A stretch of 64,000 bases of DNA. Source: an uncultured Acidobacteriota bacterium. GTDB lineage: Bacteria; Acidobacteriota; Vicinamibacteria; Vicinamibacterales; CAVVIG01. The DNA is taken from positions 308,600 through 372,599 of the forward strand of contig CAVVPE010000003.1 of the NCBI GenBank assembly GCA_963750035.1, given 5' to 3'. Below, in pieces: positions 1 to 9,590 of the stretch. The notes under the pieces are model-generated. The model was not told the origin of the DNA, ran no database searches, and saw only the letters and a program-made list of their open reading frames with translations. The position numbers and the translations under genes are program-made. The number at the start of each line of letters is the position of its first letter. Position 1 is the stretch's first letter.

Positions 1-210
1 GAGCTCGTTGGGATCGGAGTCGTACACGACGATGTCCCGATCGCGCGGCAGCGAGGGTGCGGGGCCGTCGCCGTTGTAGCGAATGGCGCCCGGCAGGCGT
101 ACGGTGCTGTGCTCGTAGGGATACTTCAGGCGGGCGTCGACCAGGACCGGCGACGTGTCGCCGTCGAGCCGCTGTTTCAGATCTTCCTTGGAGATTCGGG
201 GGACCGGCAC
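1..210 (-). CDS. rhodanese-like domain protein (3' end cut by window edge)
   Basis: Own minus-strand translation from GTG at 210: VPVPRISKEDLKQRLDGDTSPVLVDARLKYPYEHSTVRLPGAIRYNG...DIVVYDSDPNEL. This is a rhodanese-type pattern (LVDxR..Y...H.PGA). It is absent from the ORF track because it runs off the window. Confidence 0.5.
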   Translation of the reverse strand, partial: MPVPRISKEDLKQRLDGDTSPVLVDARLKYPYEHSTVRLPGAIRYNGDGPAPSLPRDRDIVVYDSDPNEL

Positions 211-243
211 GCGGCTAATTGTCGTCGCGGGATCGCGGAACTG

Positions 244-534
244 TCAACGGGCGGCGAGCTCGAGTGGCGGCGCCGGCTTCGAGCGGGAACTCGTGACTAG
301 CCGGCGACGCTGCGGTTGAACGGCACGACTCGCGCGCCACGGCGCGGGTACGATCCGGAGCTGTGGCTTCGCGGGCTTGGCCTGGGGAGGAGTGAGCGAC
401 GTCTGCTGGCTACTGAGCGCCCAGCCTGGCGATCGACGGCCACAGTGGATGCATCGCAGAAAGATGCTGCCGGGCTCGCACCACATCCCGTACTCGTGGC
501 GGCCAGAGAGATAGCAGTTGAACCAACTCCACAT
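244..534 (-). CDS. hypothetical small Cys/His-rich protein
   Basis: 96-aa ORF. The N-terminal half, WFNCYLSGRHEYGMWCEPGSIFLRCIHCGRRSPGW, looks like a zinc-ribbon-type motif. No family assignment is possible. Confidence 0.3.
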   Translation of the reverse strand: MWSWFNCYLSGRHEYGMWCEPGSIFLRCIHCGRRSPGWALSSQQTSLTPPQAKPAKPQLRIVPAPWRASRAVQPQRRRLVTSSRSKPAPPLELAAR

Positions 535-715
535 ACGAGCGCCTTTCGGAGAAGCAGTGGTTCGTCTTTGGGCAAGAGTGATGCCGATACAGGTTTTTGG
601 GATTTTCGGCCGAAACTGTCAGGGGAGCGGATGCCCTAATCTCCTGCCCATGCTGGAGTTGTGAACGTATCCGTCACGCACCACACAATTCTGTAAGCGA
701 CAGACGGCTTTGATC

Positions 716-810
716 GACTCGGGGCTCGGGACTGGGGACTCGGGCTCGGCCCTTAGGCCTGCCTCGAAGCTTTTCGAGCCCCGAGCGCCCGAGCCCCGAA
801 TCCCGAAACG
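716..810. repeat. tandem-word hairpin (words CTCGGGG/ACTGGGG with reverse complement), likely terminator of the 816-1076 gene
   Basis: Left arm 716-749 gactcggggctcgggactggggactcgggctcgg. Right arm 779-810 ccccgagcgcccgagccccgaatcccga. Inner palindrome ctcgaagcttttcgag. Confidence 0.8.
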
Positions 811-815
811 AATTC

Positions 816-1076
816 CTAGATCGTCTGACGCCTGCCGACCATCATCCGGTAGATCCACAGCAGCAGCACCGCCCCGATCAGCGACATCAGGAACCCGGCA
901 CCGTCGTTCTCGCCGTACCAGCCCAGGGCGCGGCCGATGAAACCTCCGAGCAGCGCGCCGGCGATGCCGAGCGCCATCGTCACGATGATGCCGCCGGGAT
1001 CGCGGCCAGGCATGAGGAGCTTGGCAAGAGCCCCGACGATCAGGCCGAAGATGATCCACCCGATCACGCCAAACAT
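816..1076 (-). CDS. GlsB/YeaQ/YmgE family (transglycosylase-associated) small membrane protein
   Basis: 86 aa, MFGVIGWIIFGLIVGALAKLLMPGRDPGGIIVTMALGIAGALLGGFIG. Typical glycine-rich three-TM pattern of this family. Confidence 0.85.
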   Translation of the reverse strand: MFGVIGWIIFGLIVGALAKLLMPGRDPGGIIVTMALGIAGALLGGFIGRALGWYGENDGAGFLMSLIGAVLLLWIYRMMVGRRQTI

Positions 1077-1227
1077 AGCGGTACCCTCCGTGAGCGCCTG
1101 AGTGCAAATGCGGCGACGTCAGCGGTTCAGCCGGGCCGGTGCTCTGAAGCCCAGGCATTGAGGTCCGCGAAAGGAACGGAACCGATGCCCCGGTCGTCCC
1201 TAGTTTAGGAAAATCGATGCGCTTTCG

Positions 1228-1755
1228 GGCTGAGGATTTTGTAGTTCGACCCCGGGACGGGCGAAGTTCATCGCGGCGGGTCGATCACCCGCCTCGAGCC
1301 GCAGCCGGCCGCCCTGCTTGCGCTGCTGATGTCCCGGCCGGGTGAGCTGGTCACACGCCAGGAGGCCATTCGTGCCCTTTGGGGTGATCACACCAGCGTG
1401 AGTTTTCAGGACGGCCTCAACTACAGCGTTCGACAGATTCGGATTGCGACTGAACGACGAGGTCCGGCGGCCGCGGTACGTCGAAACGATCCCACGCCGC
1501 GGATACCGGTTCGTCGCGACCGTCGACGGCCTATCGGCGCCCGCGGACCGATCACGAAGTCTGCCGGGGCGGCCCGCCCGGAGATGGATGGCCGCTGCGC
1601 TGTGCGGTGTCCTGCTCGCCGCCGCGACCGTCGTGATCGAGCGGCGTCCGAACCGGCACCACGAGATCGCGAGTCACGATCCTCAGATCGATTCACGACC
1701 GCCTTTTCTAACCTCAGCACCCGGCACCCAGGCACCCCCGAGCACCGGGCGTTAG
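1228..1755 (+). CDS. CadC/OmpR-type winged-helix DNA-binding protein with a TM segment, frameshifted
   Basis: Pieces in three frames: FDPGTGEVHRGGSITRLEPQPAALLALLMSRPGELVTRQEAIRALWG...LNYSVRQIR / LNDEVRRPRYVETIPRRGYRFVA, then the hydrophobic stretch WMAAALCGVLLAAATVVI. Confidence 0.6.
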
Positions 1756-1862
1756 TCCTCAGGTTTTCCTCAGCGATTCCCAAGAACTCGACGCGGCAAG
1801 GTCCGTCACCCCGGACAGGAGGTGACTGATGCTCGACAAACCCTGGCTCGCTGCCGGATTCG

Positions 1863-2465
1863 GTGCTCGCCGTGGCCGGTACGACCGTGCTGATTGCGGC
1901 CGCCGCACATTTCTCGTTCTTCTTTCTGCCGTTCACCTGGACAAACGAGCCAGCCCGGCTGATCGATCTCCTCGGGATTCGACCGGGCGATCGCGTCGCG
2001 GACATCGGGGCGGGTGACGGGACGCACGCCGTCGCCGTGGCGCGGCTCATCGGGCAGGATGGGGAAGTGCTGGCGAGCGACCTCGATCCCGACCGGCGCC
2101 GCGCCATCGCCGACCGCGCCGCCCGTGAACACGCATCCAACGTCCGTGTCGTCGAAGCCGCGCGGGATTCGACGAACCTGGCGGATCGCTGTTGCCGGGC
2201 GATTTACATGCGCACGATGTTCCACCACGTCGCAGACCCAACCGCCTACGCGCTGGACGTCGTCCGGAGCCTGCAGCCAGGCGGCCGTGTGGCAGTCATC
2301 GATTTCGCCCCGGGCCGACTCTGGTTCCACGGCCGCGATCACGGCGTGAAGCCCGAGGATGTCCTGTCCGCGTTCAGCGGAGCCGGCTGTACACTCCGGC
2401 ATCGAGACGACCACTGGGGCGGACCGACATTCCTGTTGGTGTTTGAGTGCGGTGAGAGGACGTGA
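1863..2465 (+). CDS. class I SAM-dependent methyltransferase
   Basis: Intact 200-aa ORF. Motif I is VADIGAGDGTHAV, followed by LQPGGRVAVIDF. Confidence 0.8.
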   Translation: MLAVAGTTVLIAAAAHFSFFFLPFTWTNEPARLIDLLGIRPGDRVADIGAGDGTHAVAVARLIGQDGEVLASDLDPDRRRAIADRAAREHASNVRVVEAARDSTNLADRCCRAIYMRTMFHHVADPTAYALDVVRSLQPGGRVAVIDFAPGRLWFHGRDHGVKPEDVLSAFSGAGCTLRHRDDHWGGPTFLLVFECGERT

Positions 2466-2488
2466 TGCTCGAGAGGAAGCTGCGGCGT

Positions 2489-2522
2489 TCTGCCGAAGCT
2501 GCGAACAGACGCAGCTTCGGCA
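2489..2522 (+). terminator. 14-bp perfect stem-loop downstream of the methyltransferase gene
   Basis: ctgccgaagctgcg (2489-2502), loop aacaga, cgcagcttcggcag (2509-2522). No clear U-tract. Confidence 0.55.
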
Positions 2523-2730
2523 GTCAGCTTGAACCGGAGGTTACTTGATCGAGAAGTGCGCTTCGAGAAGGCGAATGTCAGGGCGTGCAGTGACCACGAA
2601 AAGAACTCGGGCACGGCTGATGCTGTCTGACTTGTATTCCCCCAGAAAACGGTCGATCCGCGTCGAATTCCCGACAGTCGGTGTGCAACCGCGTGCAGTC
2701 GGCGTCGGCCAGCTGACGGAGGGGGCGGAC

Positions 2731-3123
2731 ATGCAGATTCAGGAGGCGCGTCCAACAGTTCTGCTCATCGATGATTGCGAGCCGCACCGAATGATGTACG
2801 AGATGACGCTCGGGGCTGAATTCGACGTGGTGACTGCAGATCGAGGCCGGGATGGGCTACGCCTGGCTGCGACTAATCATCCCGACGCAATTCTCCTTGA
2901 CGTGCTCATGCCGGGGATGGACGGGTGGGAAACCTGCACGAGGCTCAAATCCGATCCCGCCACTGAATCGATTCCCGTCATCCTCCTGACCGGCGTCACG
3001 GACATCGACCTGACGGACCATGCGATGGCGGTGGGTGCCTGCGACGTGCTCACCAAGCCGTGCTCGCCCGACCGACTGCTTGGCACAATTCAGAAGGTCT
3101 TGGGACGAGAACCAAAATCATGA
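2731..3123 (+). CDS. single-domain response regulator (CheY-like receiver)
   Basis: ATG at 2731 preceded by GGAGG. VLLIDDCEP...DAILLDVLMPGMDGWETCTRLK...IPVILLTG...DVLTKP. Confidence 0.85.
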   Translation: MQIQEARPTVLLIDDCEPHRMMYEMTLGAEFDVVTADRGRDGLRLAATNHPDAILLDVLMPGMDGWETCTRLKSDPATESIPVILLTGVTDIDLTDHAMAVGACDVLTKPCSPDRLLGTIQKVLGREPKS

Positions 3124-3338
3124 ATGCGTCGGGCGGGGACATGCGTACCGATGTACGATGAGCGCATGAACCGTCCCGCATTGATCGACTTCAACGCGCG
3201 CTGCCGATGAATATCAAGCCAAATCCGAAGAGCGCGCTACGACTGGAACGACCGTCCACGATTGGGTTTGTCGGTTGCGAGGGCAGCTGATTATAGCTCA
3301 GGGTTGATTGCGCTCGCAATCCCTTAACATTGGCGTTC

Positions 3339-3526
3339 ATGAGGGTTGCCGTCTCGATCGCCGACCAGCAAGAGCGTCGGACCATCTATGCACTCCGCCA
3401 CGAAGTGTACGCAGAGGAACTCCGGCAGCATCCGCGGAACGAATGTCAGACCCTCAGCGACCCACTTGACGAGGTCAATGCGTATCTCATCGCCAAGGTC
3501 GGCGACGACATCGTCGGCTTCGTAGC
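3339..3526 (+). pseudogene. GNAT-type acyltransferase, N-terminal fragment only
   Basis: MRVAVSIADQQERRTIYALRHEVYAEELRQHP...AYLIAKVGDDIVGFV, then similarity stops and the frame runs into unrelated sequence. Confidence 0.4.
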
Positions 3527-3649
3527 GGACCTCCGGGCAGCTCCTCGACGCGGATGCTCGAGCGCTACACGCATCCAACGGAGCAGCGGAAGATCGGCGC
3601 CCTCGACGCGTTCGCGCCGTCGATTGGGCAGAATGTGGGCAGAACGTGA
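3527..3649 (+). pseudogene. tyrosine recombinase (phage-type integrase), C-terminal remnant of about 40 codons
   Basis: Own translation in a third frame: ..PGSSSTRMLERYTHPTEQRKIGALDAFAPSIGQNVGRT*. This matches the conserved integrase end (GHSS..MT.RYxH with the catalytic Tyr). No upstream integrase sequence is present. Confidence 0.6.
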
Positions 3650-3675
3650 ATCTACCGGGTGGAAAAACGTGGTGG

Positions 3676-3834
3676 GATGAGGTCCACCTCCGCGGCTTCG
3701 AACCGCTACGGTGGACAACCTTCGCAATGAAGAATCGGCAGTCCTCCTCCGCGCTGCGCGCTACGGAGGACACCAACCTTCGCGTGGCTTGCCAACCGTA
3801 GCTCACGCGTCCGTTGGCAAGCGTGAGCGAAGGT
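3676..3834 (-). other. hairpin-rich tRNA trailer containing tRNA-like debris
   Basis: On the minus strand there is a T-arm-like GCGGTTCGAAGCCGC flanked by TCCACC/GGTGGA, ending in CCCACCA. A 13-bp stem CACCAACCTTCGC/GCGAAGGTTGGTG (3771-3783 with 3828-3840) includes the tRNA-Ala 3' end. Confidence 0.4.
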
Positions 3835-3910
3835 TGGTGGACGGCAGGAGGCTCGAACTCCCGACCTCCGCGTTGCGAACGCGGCGCTCTCCCAACTGAG
3901 CTAGCCGCCC
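3835..3910 (-). tRNA. tRNA-Ala (anticodon CGC)
   Basis: 76 nt on the minus strand: GGGCGGCTAGCTCAGTTGGGAGAGCGCCGCGTTCGCAACGCGGAGGTCGGGAGTTCGAGCCTCCTGCCGTCCACCA. The cloverleaf folds by hand. The anticodon loop is TTCGCAA. The G3:U70 alanine identity pair is present and CCA is encoded. Confidence 0.92.
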
Positions 3911-4007
3911 ACTTTACAGGAATGACGAACCCTCAGTTTAACACGCGCGTTTTGCTATAGTCGAGGACGGCCGGCGCGTTTCTGTCGCACGCCACGCGAA
4001 AAACAAC

Positions 4008-5094
4008 TTGGCACACACCATCACACGCATTGGCATTCTCACCGGAGGCGGCGACGCGCCCGGCCTCAACGCCGTCATCCGCGCGGTGGTCAAGACCGCC
4101 ACCAACAGCGGCATCGAATGCGTCGGCCTCGAGGACAGCTTCGACGGGCTGATCGAGCCCGGCCGTTCGCGCGTCCTCACGCCACGCGACGTCACCGGCA
4201 TCCTGCGGCTCGGCGGCACGGTGCTCGGCACGACCAACCGCGGCAACCCGTTCGCGTATCCGATCGAGACCTCCGACGGCACGCGCGACTACTCCGACCG
4301 CGTCATCGAGATGTTCCACAAGATGGGGCTCGGGCGCGCTCGTCGTGATCGGCGGCGACGGCACGCTGGCGATCGCCCACCAGTTCTACTGCCGCGGCAT
4401 CCCGCTGGTCGGTGTGCCCAAGACCATCGACAACGACATCGTCGGCACGACGAACTGCTTCGGGTTCGACACGGCGGTGGCCTTCGCCACCGATGCCATC
4501 GATCGGCTTCACACGACTGCCGAAGCCCACAAGCGGATCCTGGTCGTCGAGGTCATGGGCCGGTATGCCGGCTGGATCGCGCTGTACGCCGGCGTGGCCG
4601 GCGGAGCCGATGCCATTCTGATCCCGGAGATCCCGTTCGACATCGGCAGCGTCGCGCAGCGGCTGCTCGAGCGCGATCGCTGGGGCGCCAAGTTCAGCAT
4701 CGTCGTCGTCGCGGAGGGCGCGCTCCCGAAGGGAGGCCGGCGCTCGCTCCTCGAGGAGGCTCACGACGGCCACGTCGAGCGGCTCGGCGGCATCGGCGCC
4801 CAGGTGTGCGAGGCGCTCGCCAAGGCGACCGGGAAAGAGACGCGCTCGGTCGTCCTCGGACACCTGCAGCGCGGCGGCGCGCCGACGAGCTTCGATCGTG
4901 TCCTCGCGACGCGGTTTGGCGGCAAGGCGGTCGAACTCGTCAGGAGGGGCGAGTTCGGCACGATGGTGGCCTTCGATCCGCCAGACATCGTGGCGCGGCG
5001 GCTGGAAGAGATTGTCGGGAAGACGAAGACGGTGCCGCTCGACTTCGATTTGCTGCTGACTGCCAAGGCGCTGGGCGTGGCGTTCGGCGACTGA
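4008..5094 (+). CDS. pfkA: ATP-dependent 6-phosphofructokinase, one apparent frameshift near 4332
   Basis: IGILTGGGDAPGLNAVIRAVV..., then after the frame change VVIGGDGTLAIAH...VPKTIDNDI...MGRYAGWIAL...GHLQRGG. An extra G in the run at 4332-4334 explains the shift. Confidence 0.9.
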
Positions 5095-5116
5095 CGGCGC
5101 GAACTGCTGAACTCTG

Positions 5117-5149
5117 AAATTTACAATTGTAAATTTACAATTGTGAATT
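5117..5149. repeat. AT-rich palindromic tandem repeat between convergent pfkA and thrC
   Basis: aaatttacaattgt x2. 5117-5136 is a perfect 20-nt palindrome, AAATTTACAATTGTAAATTT. Confidence 0.85.
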
Positions 5150-6321
5150 ACGTCGAGCACTTCCAGATACTTCAGCGCGCCGCCGGTATTGAACAGCACG
5201 ACCGACTCCGATCGCTGGATCGTGCCGGCAGCGATCAGCCGCCGCACGGCGGCAAGCGTCGCGCCGCCTTCCGGGGCGGCGCTGATCCCTTCGGTGCGCC
5301 CCATCTCCAGCATGCCGTCGATCATGTCCTGATCCGGGACGGCGATCGCCGTGCCTCCGCTTTCCCGAATCGCACGCAGGATCAGGAAGTCGCCGATGGC
5401 GCGCGGCACGCGCAGGCCGTCCGCGACCGTCGCGGCGTTCTCCCAGGCCGCAGCTTTCTCAGTGCCGCTCTCGAACGCGCGGACGATCGGCGCGCAGCCT
5501 TCCGCCTGGACCGAGACCATCCGCGGCCGCCGTCCACGTGGCATCCAGCCAATCTCCTCGAGCTCGTCGAACGCCTTCCACATGCCGACCATGCCGGTGC
5601 CGCCGCCGGTCGGATAGACGATCCAGTCCGGCCACTGCCACGTCCATCTGCTCGGCCAGTTCGTAGGCCATCGTTTTCTTGCCCTCGATACGGATACGGC
5701 TCCTTGAGCGTGGAGACGTCGTACCAGCCGAGCGGGCGCGCCGCGCTCGGCGGCCAGCCGTCCGGCGTCGGTGATCAGGCCGTCGACAAGGGTCACATTG
5801 GCGCCGTAGAGGCGGCACTCGTCGACAAACGGCCGCTTCACGTCCTTCGGCATGAAGACTTCGCACGCAAGCCCGGCGGCGGCTGCGTACGCGGCGGCCG
5901 CGTTGCCGGCATTGCCGGCGGTTGGAAGGGCGATCGTCCGCGCCCCAAGATGCTTCGCACGCGTGATCGCCGCCGATTGTCCGCGCGCCTTGAACGAGTT
6001 GGTCGGGTTGAGCGACTCGTCCTTGACGTAGAGCTGCTCGAGGCCGAGCGTCCGCGCCAAGCGTCGCGGCGTGGAAGAGCGGCGTGAACCCCTCCCCGAG
6101 GCTGATGGCCGTCTCGCCGTCGAAGAGCGGCATCAGCTCGCGGTACCGCCACATCGTCGGCGGCCGCCCGGCGAGCGTATCCGGCCGCCAGCCGCGCGCC
6201 GCGTCAGGTCGTAGCGGGCGAGCAGCGGGGCGCCGCAGCGACAGAGATGATGCCGATCGCGCGGATCGAGCGGAGGCGCTCCGCACGGGACGGAGCATTC
6301 CAGATGGGTGAAGAAAGACAT
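5145..6321 (-). CDS. thrC: threonine synthase, several apparent frameshifts, stop codon not recoverable
   Basis: N-terminal zinc-ribbon [59 protein letters not shown] (PLP lysine), [21 protein letters not shown]. These pieces are spread over three frames. Confidence 0.85.
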
Positions 6322-6351
6322 TCGACAGTCGATTGGCCTGAAAGGCCCGGC

Positions 6352-6925
6352 CTATTTGCCTAGCAGCTCCTGCGTCCTTTTTCTTCTGCAGCTCGTCGAT
6401 TTGCTTGACGTGGCTGTCGGTGATCTTCTGCACCTCGTCGAGGCCTTTCTTCTCGTCGTCCTCGGAGATCTTGTGGTCCTTCAGGAGCTTCTTCAGCCGG
6501 TCGTTCGCGTCGCGGCGGACCTGGCGGACGCTGTTGCGGCCTTCTTCGGCCAGCTTGTGGACGTGCCGGGACAGCTCCTTGCGGCGCTCTTCGGTGAGCG
6601 ACGGGATCGGAATGCGGACGACCTTGCCGTCGTTCGACGGGATTGAGGCCGAGGTCGGAGGCGCGGATCGCTTTCTCGATCGCGCCGAGCTGGGACGGAT
6701 CGAACGGCTGGGCGACGATCAGCGATCGGCTCCGGCACCGAAAGCCCGGCGAGCTGATTGAGCGGCATCCTCGCGCCGTACGCCTCGACGTGGACGCTGT
6801 CGAGAATCGTGACCGACGCGCGGCCGGTCCGCACGCCCGCGAGCTCGTGCCGCACGTGCTCGATGGCCGTCGTGCATCCGCTTGTTCACTTCTGCATAGA
6901 GGCTCTTCAGATCATTGACATCCAT
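6352..6925 (-). CDS. frr: ribosome recycling factor, apparent frameshifts
   Basis: [17 protein letters not shown].., ..[41 protein letters not shown].., ..[20 protein letters not shown] then ELLGK* after a shift. Confidence 0.85.
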
Positions 6926-6955
6926 CGTCGCAGCTCCGAACCTCGTCGAATTCTT

Positions 6956-6986
6956 CGAACTCTCCAACTCTCGAACTCTCCAACTC
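6956..6986. repeat. single-arm tandem word repeat (CGAACTCTCCAACTC x2) between pyrH and frr
   Basis: Same word family as the right arm of the 8657-8750 hairpin. I found no inverted partner nearby. Confidence 0.8.
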
Positions 6987-6987
6987 A

Positions 6988-7708
6988 TCACGCTGTCACC
7001 AGCGAACCGATCGGCTCGCCGGCGATCGCCCGCTTGATGTTCCCGGGCGTCCGCAGGTTGAAGACGACGATCGGCAGGCGATTGTCCATGCACAGGGAGA
7101 TGGCCGTCGCGTCCATCACCTTCAGGCCCTGCTCGAGCACCTGGAGGTAGGAGATGCGGTCGAACCGCGACGCCGTGGGATGAATCATCGGATCGGCGTC
7201 GTAGATGCCGTCGACCTTGGTGGCCTTCAGGATGACGTCGGCCTTGATTTCCATCGCGCGGAGCGCCGCGGCGGTGTCGGTGCTGAAGTACGGATTGCCG
7301 GTGCCGGCGCCGAAGACCACGACGCGGCCCTTCTCGAGGTGGCGGATCGCCCGGCGGCGGATGAACGGTTCGGCGACCGCGCGCATCTCGATCGCGGTCA
7401 CGACGCGGGTGACGACGTTCTGCTGCTCGAGGGCGTCCTGCAGCGCCAGCGCGTTGATGACCGTCGCCAGCATCCCCATGTAGTCGGCGGTCGCGCGGTC
7501 CATGCCGCGCGCGCTGGCCGCCACGCCGCGGAAGATGTTGCCGCCGCCGATGACGATCGCCGTCTCGACGCCCATGCTCTGGATCTCGGCGACGTCCTTG
7601 GCGATCTGCGTGGCCACGGCGGGATCGATGCCGTAGGTCTGCTCGCCCATGAGCGCTTCGCCGGAGAGCTTGAGGAGGATGCGTTTGTAGGCGGAGCGGC
7701 GGCGTCAC
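6988..7708 (-). CDS. pyrH: UMP kinase
   Basis: [13 protein letters not shown].., [33 protein letters not shown]. The ORF track starts at 7650, but similarity continues upstream to a GTG at 7708, with an indel in between. Confidence 0.9.
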
Positions 7709-7723
7709 GGACTGATTATAGTG

Positions 7724-7772
7724 GAGGACGCGAGGGATCAGAGGACGCACCGAGTATCGGCCCTGCGTCCTG
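7724..7772. repeat. GAGGACGC word repeat with hairpin between tsf and pyrH
   Basis: gaggacgc at 7726 and 7741. Stem aggacgca (7742-7749) pairs with tgcgtcct (7764-7771). Confidence 0.7.
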
Positions 7773-7773
7773 G

Positions 7774-8649
7774 TCAGGCGGTGCGTCTCGCCGACCTTCA
7801 GGCGAGCGAAGCGGGTGACCGTGACCGGCGCGCCGAGCGACTTCGAGGCCGCGGCGAGCACATCCTTGACGCTCATCTTCGGATCGCGGATCGACGGCTG
7901 GTCGGGCAGGACGAACTGCGAATAGTAGCTGCCGAGCTTGCCCTCGACGATCTTGTCGATGACGTTCGCCGGCTTGCCCGAGTCCTCCATCTGCGCGCGG
8001 TAGATCTCGCGTTCCTTCTCGAGCGTCTCCGGCGGAACCGCTTCGCGCGAGACGTACTGCCGGGCTCGCCGCCGCGATCTGCATCGCGATCTCCTTGACC
8101 AGCGTCGTGAACTCTTCGCGCGCCGGCTATCGCCGGGCGTGACGCCGGCGAACTCCACCTGCACGCCGATCTTGCCGCCCATGTGGATGTACTGGCCGAC
8201 GTAGCCCTGGCCCGCGTAGCGGACGAAGCGCGGCGACCGCCATGTTCTCGCCGAGCTTGCCGATGCGCGGCGGCCACCCGCTGCTGGACCGGGCCGTCCG
8301 GATCCTTCAGCCAGGCGTCGGTGGCGCGTCGCCGGCCTTCTCGATCTCGGCGAGCACGTCCTGCATCGAGCTGCTGGAAGTCGTCGGTTCGCGCGACGAA
8401 ATCCGACTCGCAGTTGACCTCGACGAGCATGCCCGGTCGCATGGTCGGCCGACAGCGAGTGCCCGATCAGCCCTTCGCTGGTCGCGCGGCCGGCCTTCTT
8501 GGCGGCGCTGGCGAGGCCCTTCTTGCGCAGAATCGTCATCGCTTCCTCGAAGTCGCCGTTGGCCTCTTCGAGCGCGGTCTTGCAGTCCATCATGCCCGCG
8601 CCCGTCTGGTCGCGGAGCTTTTTCACGTCTGCTGTGCTGAAATAGCCAT
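7774..8649 (-). CDS. tsf: elongation factor Ts, multiple apparent frameshifts, 3' end approximate
   Basis: [94 protein letters not shown]. Confidence 0.85.
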
Positions 8650-8656
8650 GGTCGAC

Positions 8657-8750
8657 ATTGGAGAGTTGGTGAGTTGGAGAGTCGGTGAGTCTGAGCGGGA
8701 TGCTGGGGAGCTGGTCGAATTCACCAACTCTCCAACTCACCAACTCGCCA
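8657..8750. repeat. tandem-word hairpin (GTTGGAGA/GTTGGTGA) between rpsB and tsf
   Basis: Left arm 8657-8690 attggagagttggtgagttggagagtcggtgagt. Right arm 8718-8750 attcaccaactctccaactcaccaactcgccag. Confidence 0.85.
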
Positions 8751-8765
8751 GATTCGAGTCGGCGT

Positions 8766-9587
8766 CTAGGCCGAGGCCGGTGCGGCTTCGCGCGGCGCGC
8801 CGCTGCGGGCCGGGCGCCGCGCCGCAGGTCGTCGCCGCCGGCGTCGTCGTCGGCGTCGCGCGCCGACTCGGCGTCGGCCGACTGCTTCATGTCGCGGCCC
8901 GGAGATGACCGCCTCGGCGATCGCGAGGCGAACAGCCGGATCGCGCGCAGCGCGTCGTCGTTGCCGGGGATGACGAAGTCGACTTCGTCCGGATCGCAGT
9001 TCGTGTCGACGATGCCGATGACCGGAATCTTCAGCTTGCGCGCTTCGTCGACCGCAATCTTTTCCTTCTTGGTGTCGACGACGAAGACCGCGTCGGGCAG
9101 GCGCGACATGCCGCGGATGCCCTTCGAGGTTCTTCAGCAGCTTGCGGCGCTCCTTCTCGTTGCGCGCGATTTCCTTCTTCGACAGCGTGTCGTAGCGGCC
9201 GTCGGTGGCCATCGTCTCGAGATCGCGCAGCCGGCCGAGGCTGCGCTGGATCGTGGCGAAGTTGGTGAGCAGCCCGCCGAGCCAGCGCTCGTTGACGTAG
9301 AACATGCCGCAGCGCTGCGCTTCTTCGGCGATGACGTCCTGGGCCTGGCGCTTGGTGCCGACGAAGAGGATCGTGCGGCCTTCGGAGGCGAGGCTGGTGA
9401 CGAACTCCTCGGCCTCGCGGAACAGCTTGACCGTCTTGCCCAGGTCGATGATGTAGATGCCGTTCCGTTCGCCGAAGATGTATTCCTTCATCTTCGGGTT
9501 CCACCGCTTGGTCTGGTGGCCGAAGTGAACCCCCGCCTCCAGCAGATCCTTCATCGCGATCGCGGCAACAAATAGCCCTCCCGTCAC
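8766..9587 (-). CDS. rpsB: 30S ribosomal protein S2, apparent frameshifts (e.g. extra base in the CCC run at 9129-9131)
   Basis: [22 protein letters not shown]...[11 protein letters not shown], then in a second frame [38 protein letters not shown]. Acidic/Ala-rich tail. Confidence 0.9.
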   Translation of the reverse strand: MTGGLFVAAIAMKDLLEAGVHFGHQTKRWNPKMKEYIFGERNGIYIIDLGKTVKLFREAEEFVTSLASEGRTILFVGTKRQAQDVIAEEAQRCGMFYVNERWLGGLLTNFATIQRSLGRLRDLETMATDGRYDTLSKKEIARNEKERRKLLKNLEGHPRHVAPARRGLRRRHQEGKDCGRRSAQAEDSGHRHRRHELRSGRSRLRHPRQRRRAARDPAVRLAIAEAVISGPRHEAVGRRRVGARRRRRRRRRRPAARRPARSGAPREAAPASA

Positions 9588-9590
9588 TCG

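Noticed and set aside
3285-3335. Possible tRNA 5' fragment on the plus strand (..tatagctcagggttgattgcgctcgcaatccc..)
   Set aside because: It resembles a D-arm and a TCGCAA anticodon region, but no closing D-stem, T-arm or acceptor stem can be drawn. It is also in the wrong orientation to be an att duplicate of tRNA-Ala.
3676-3770. Second tRNA gene (tRNA-Sec or other long-variable-arm type) downstream of tRNA-Ala
   Set aside because: A T-arm-like hairpin and a CCCACCA end are present. However, I could not build a consistent acceptor stem (only 5 of 8 pairs), D-arm or anticodon arm. It is kept only as tRNA-like debris.
6719-9109. 796-aa minus-strand ORF, the longest in the track for this region
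   Set aside because: It is a chimera. The same frame passes through pieces of rpsB, the rpsB-tsf hairpin, tsf, pyrH antisense-frame filler and the frr N-terminus, because the frameshifts and high GC remove stops. It is not a single gene.
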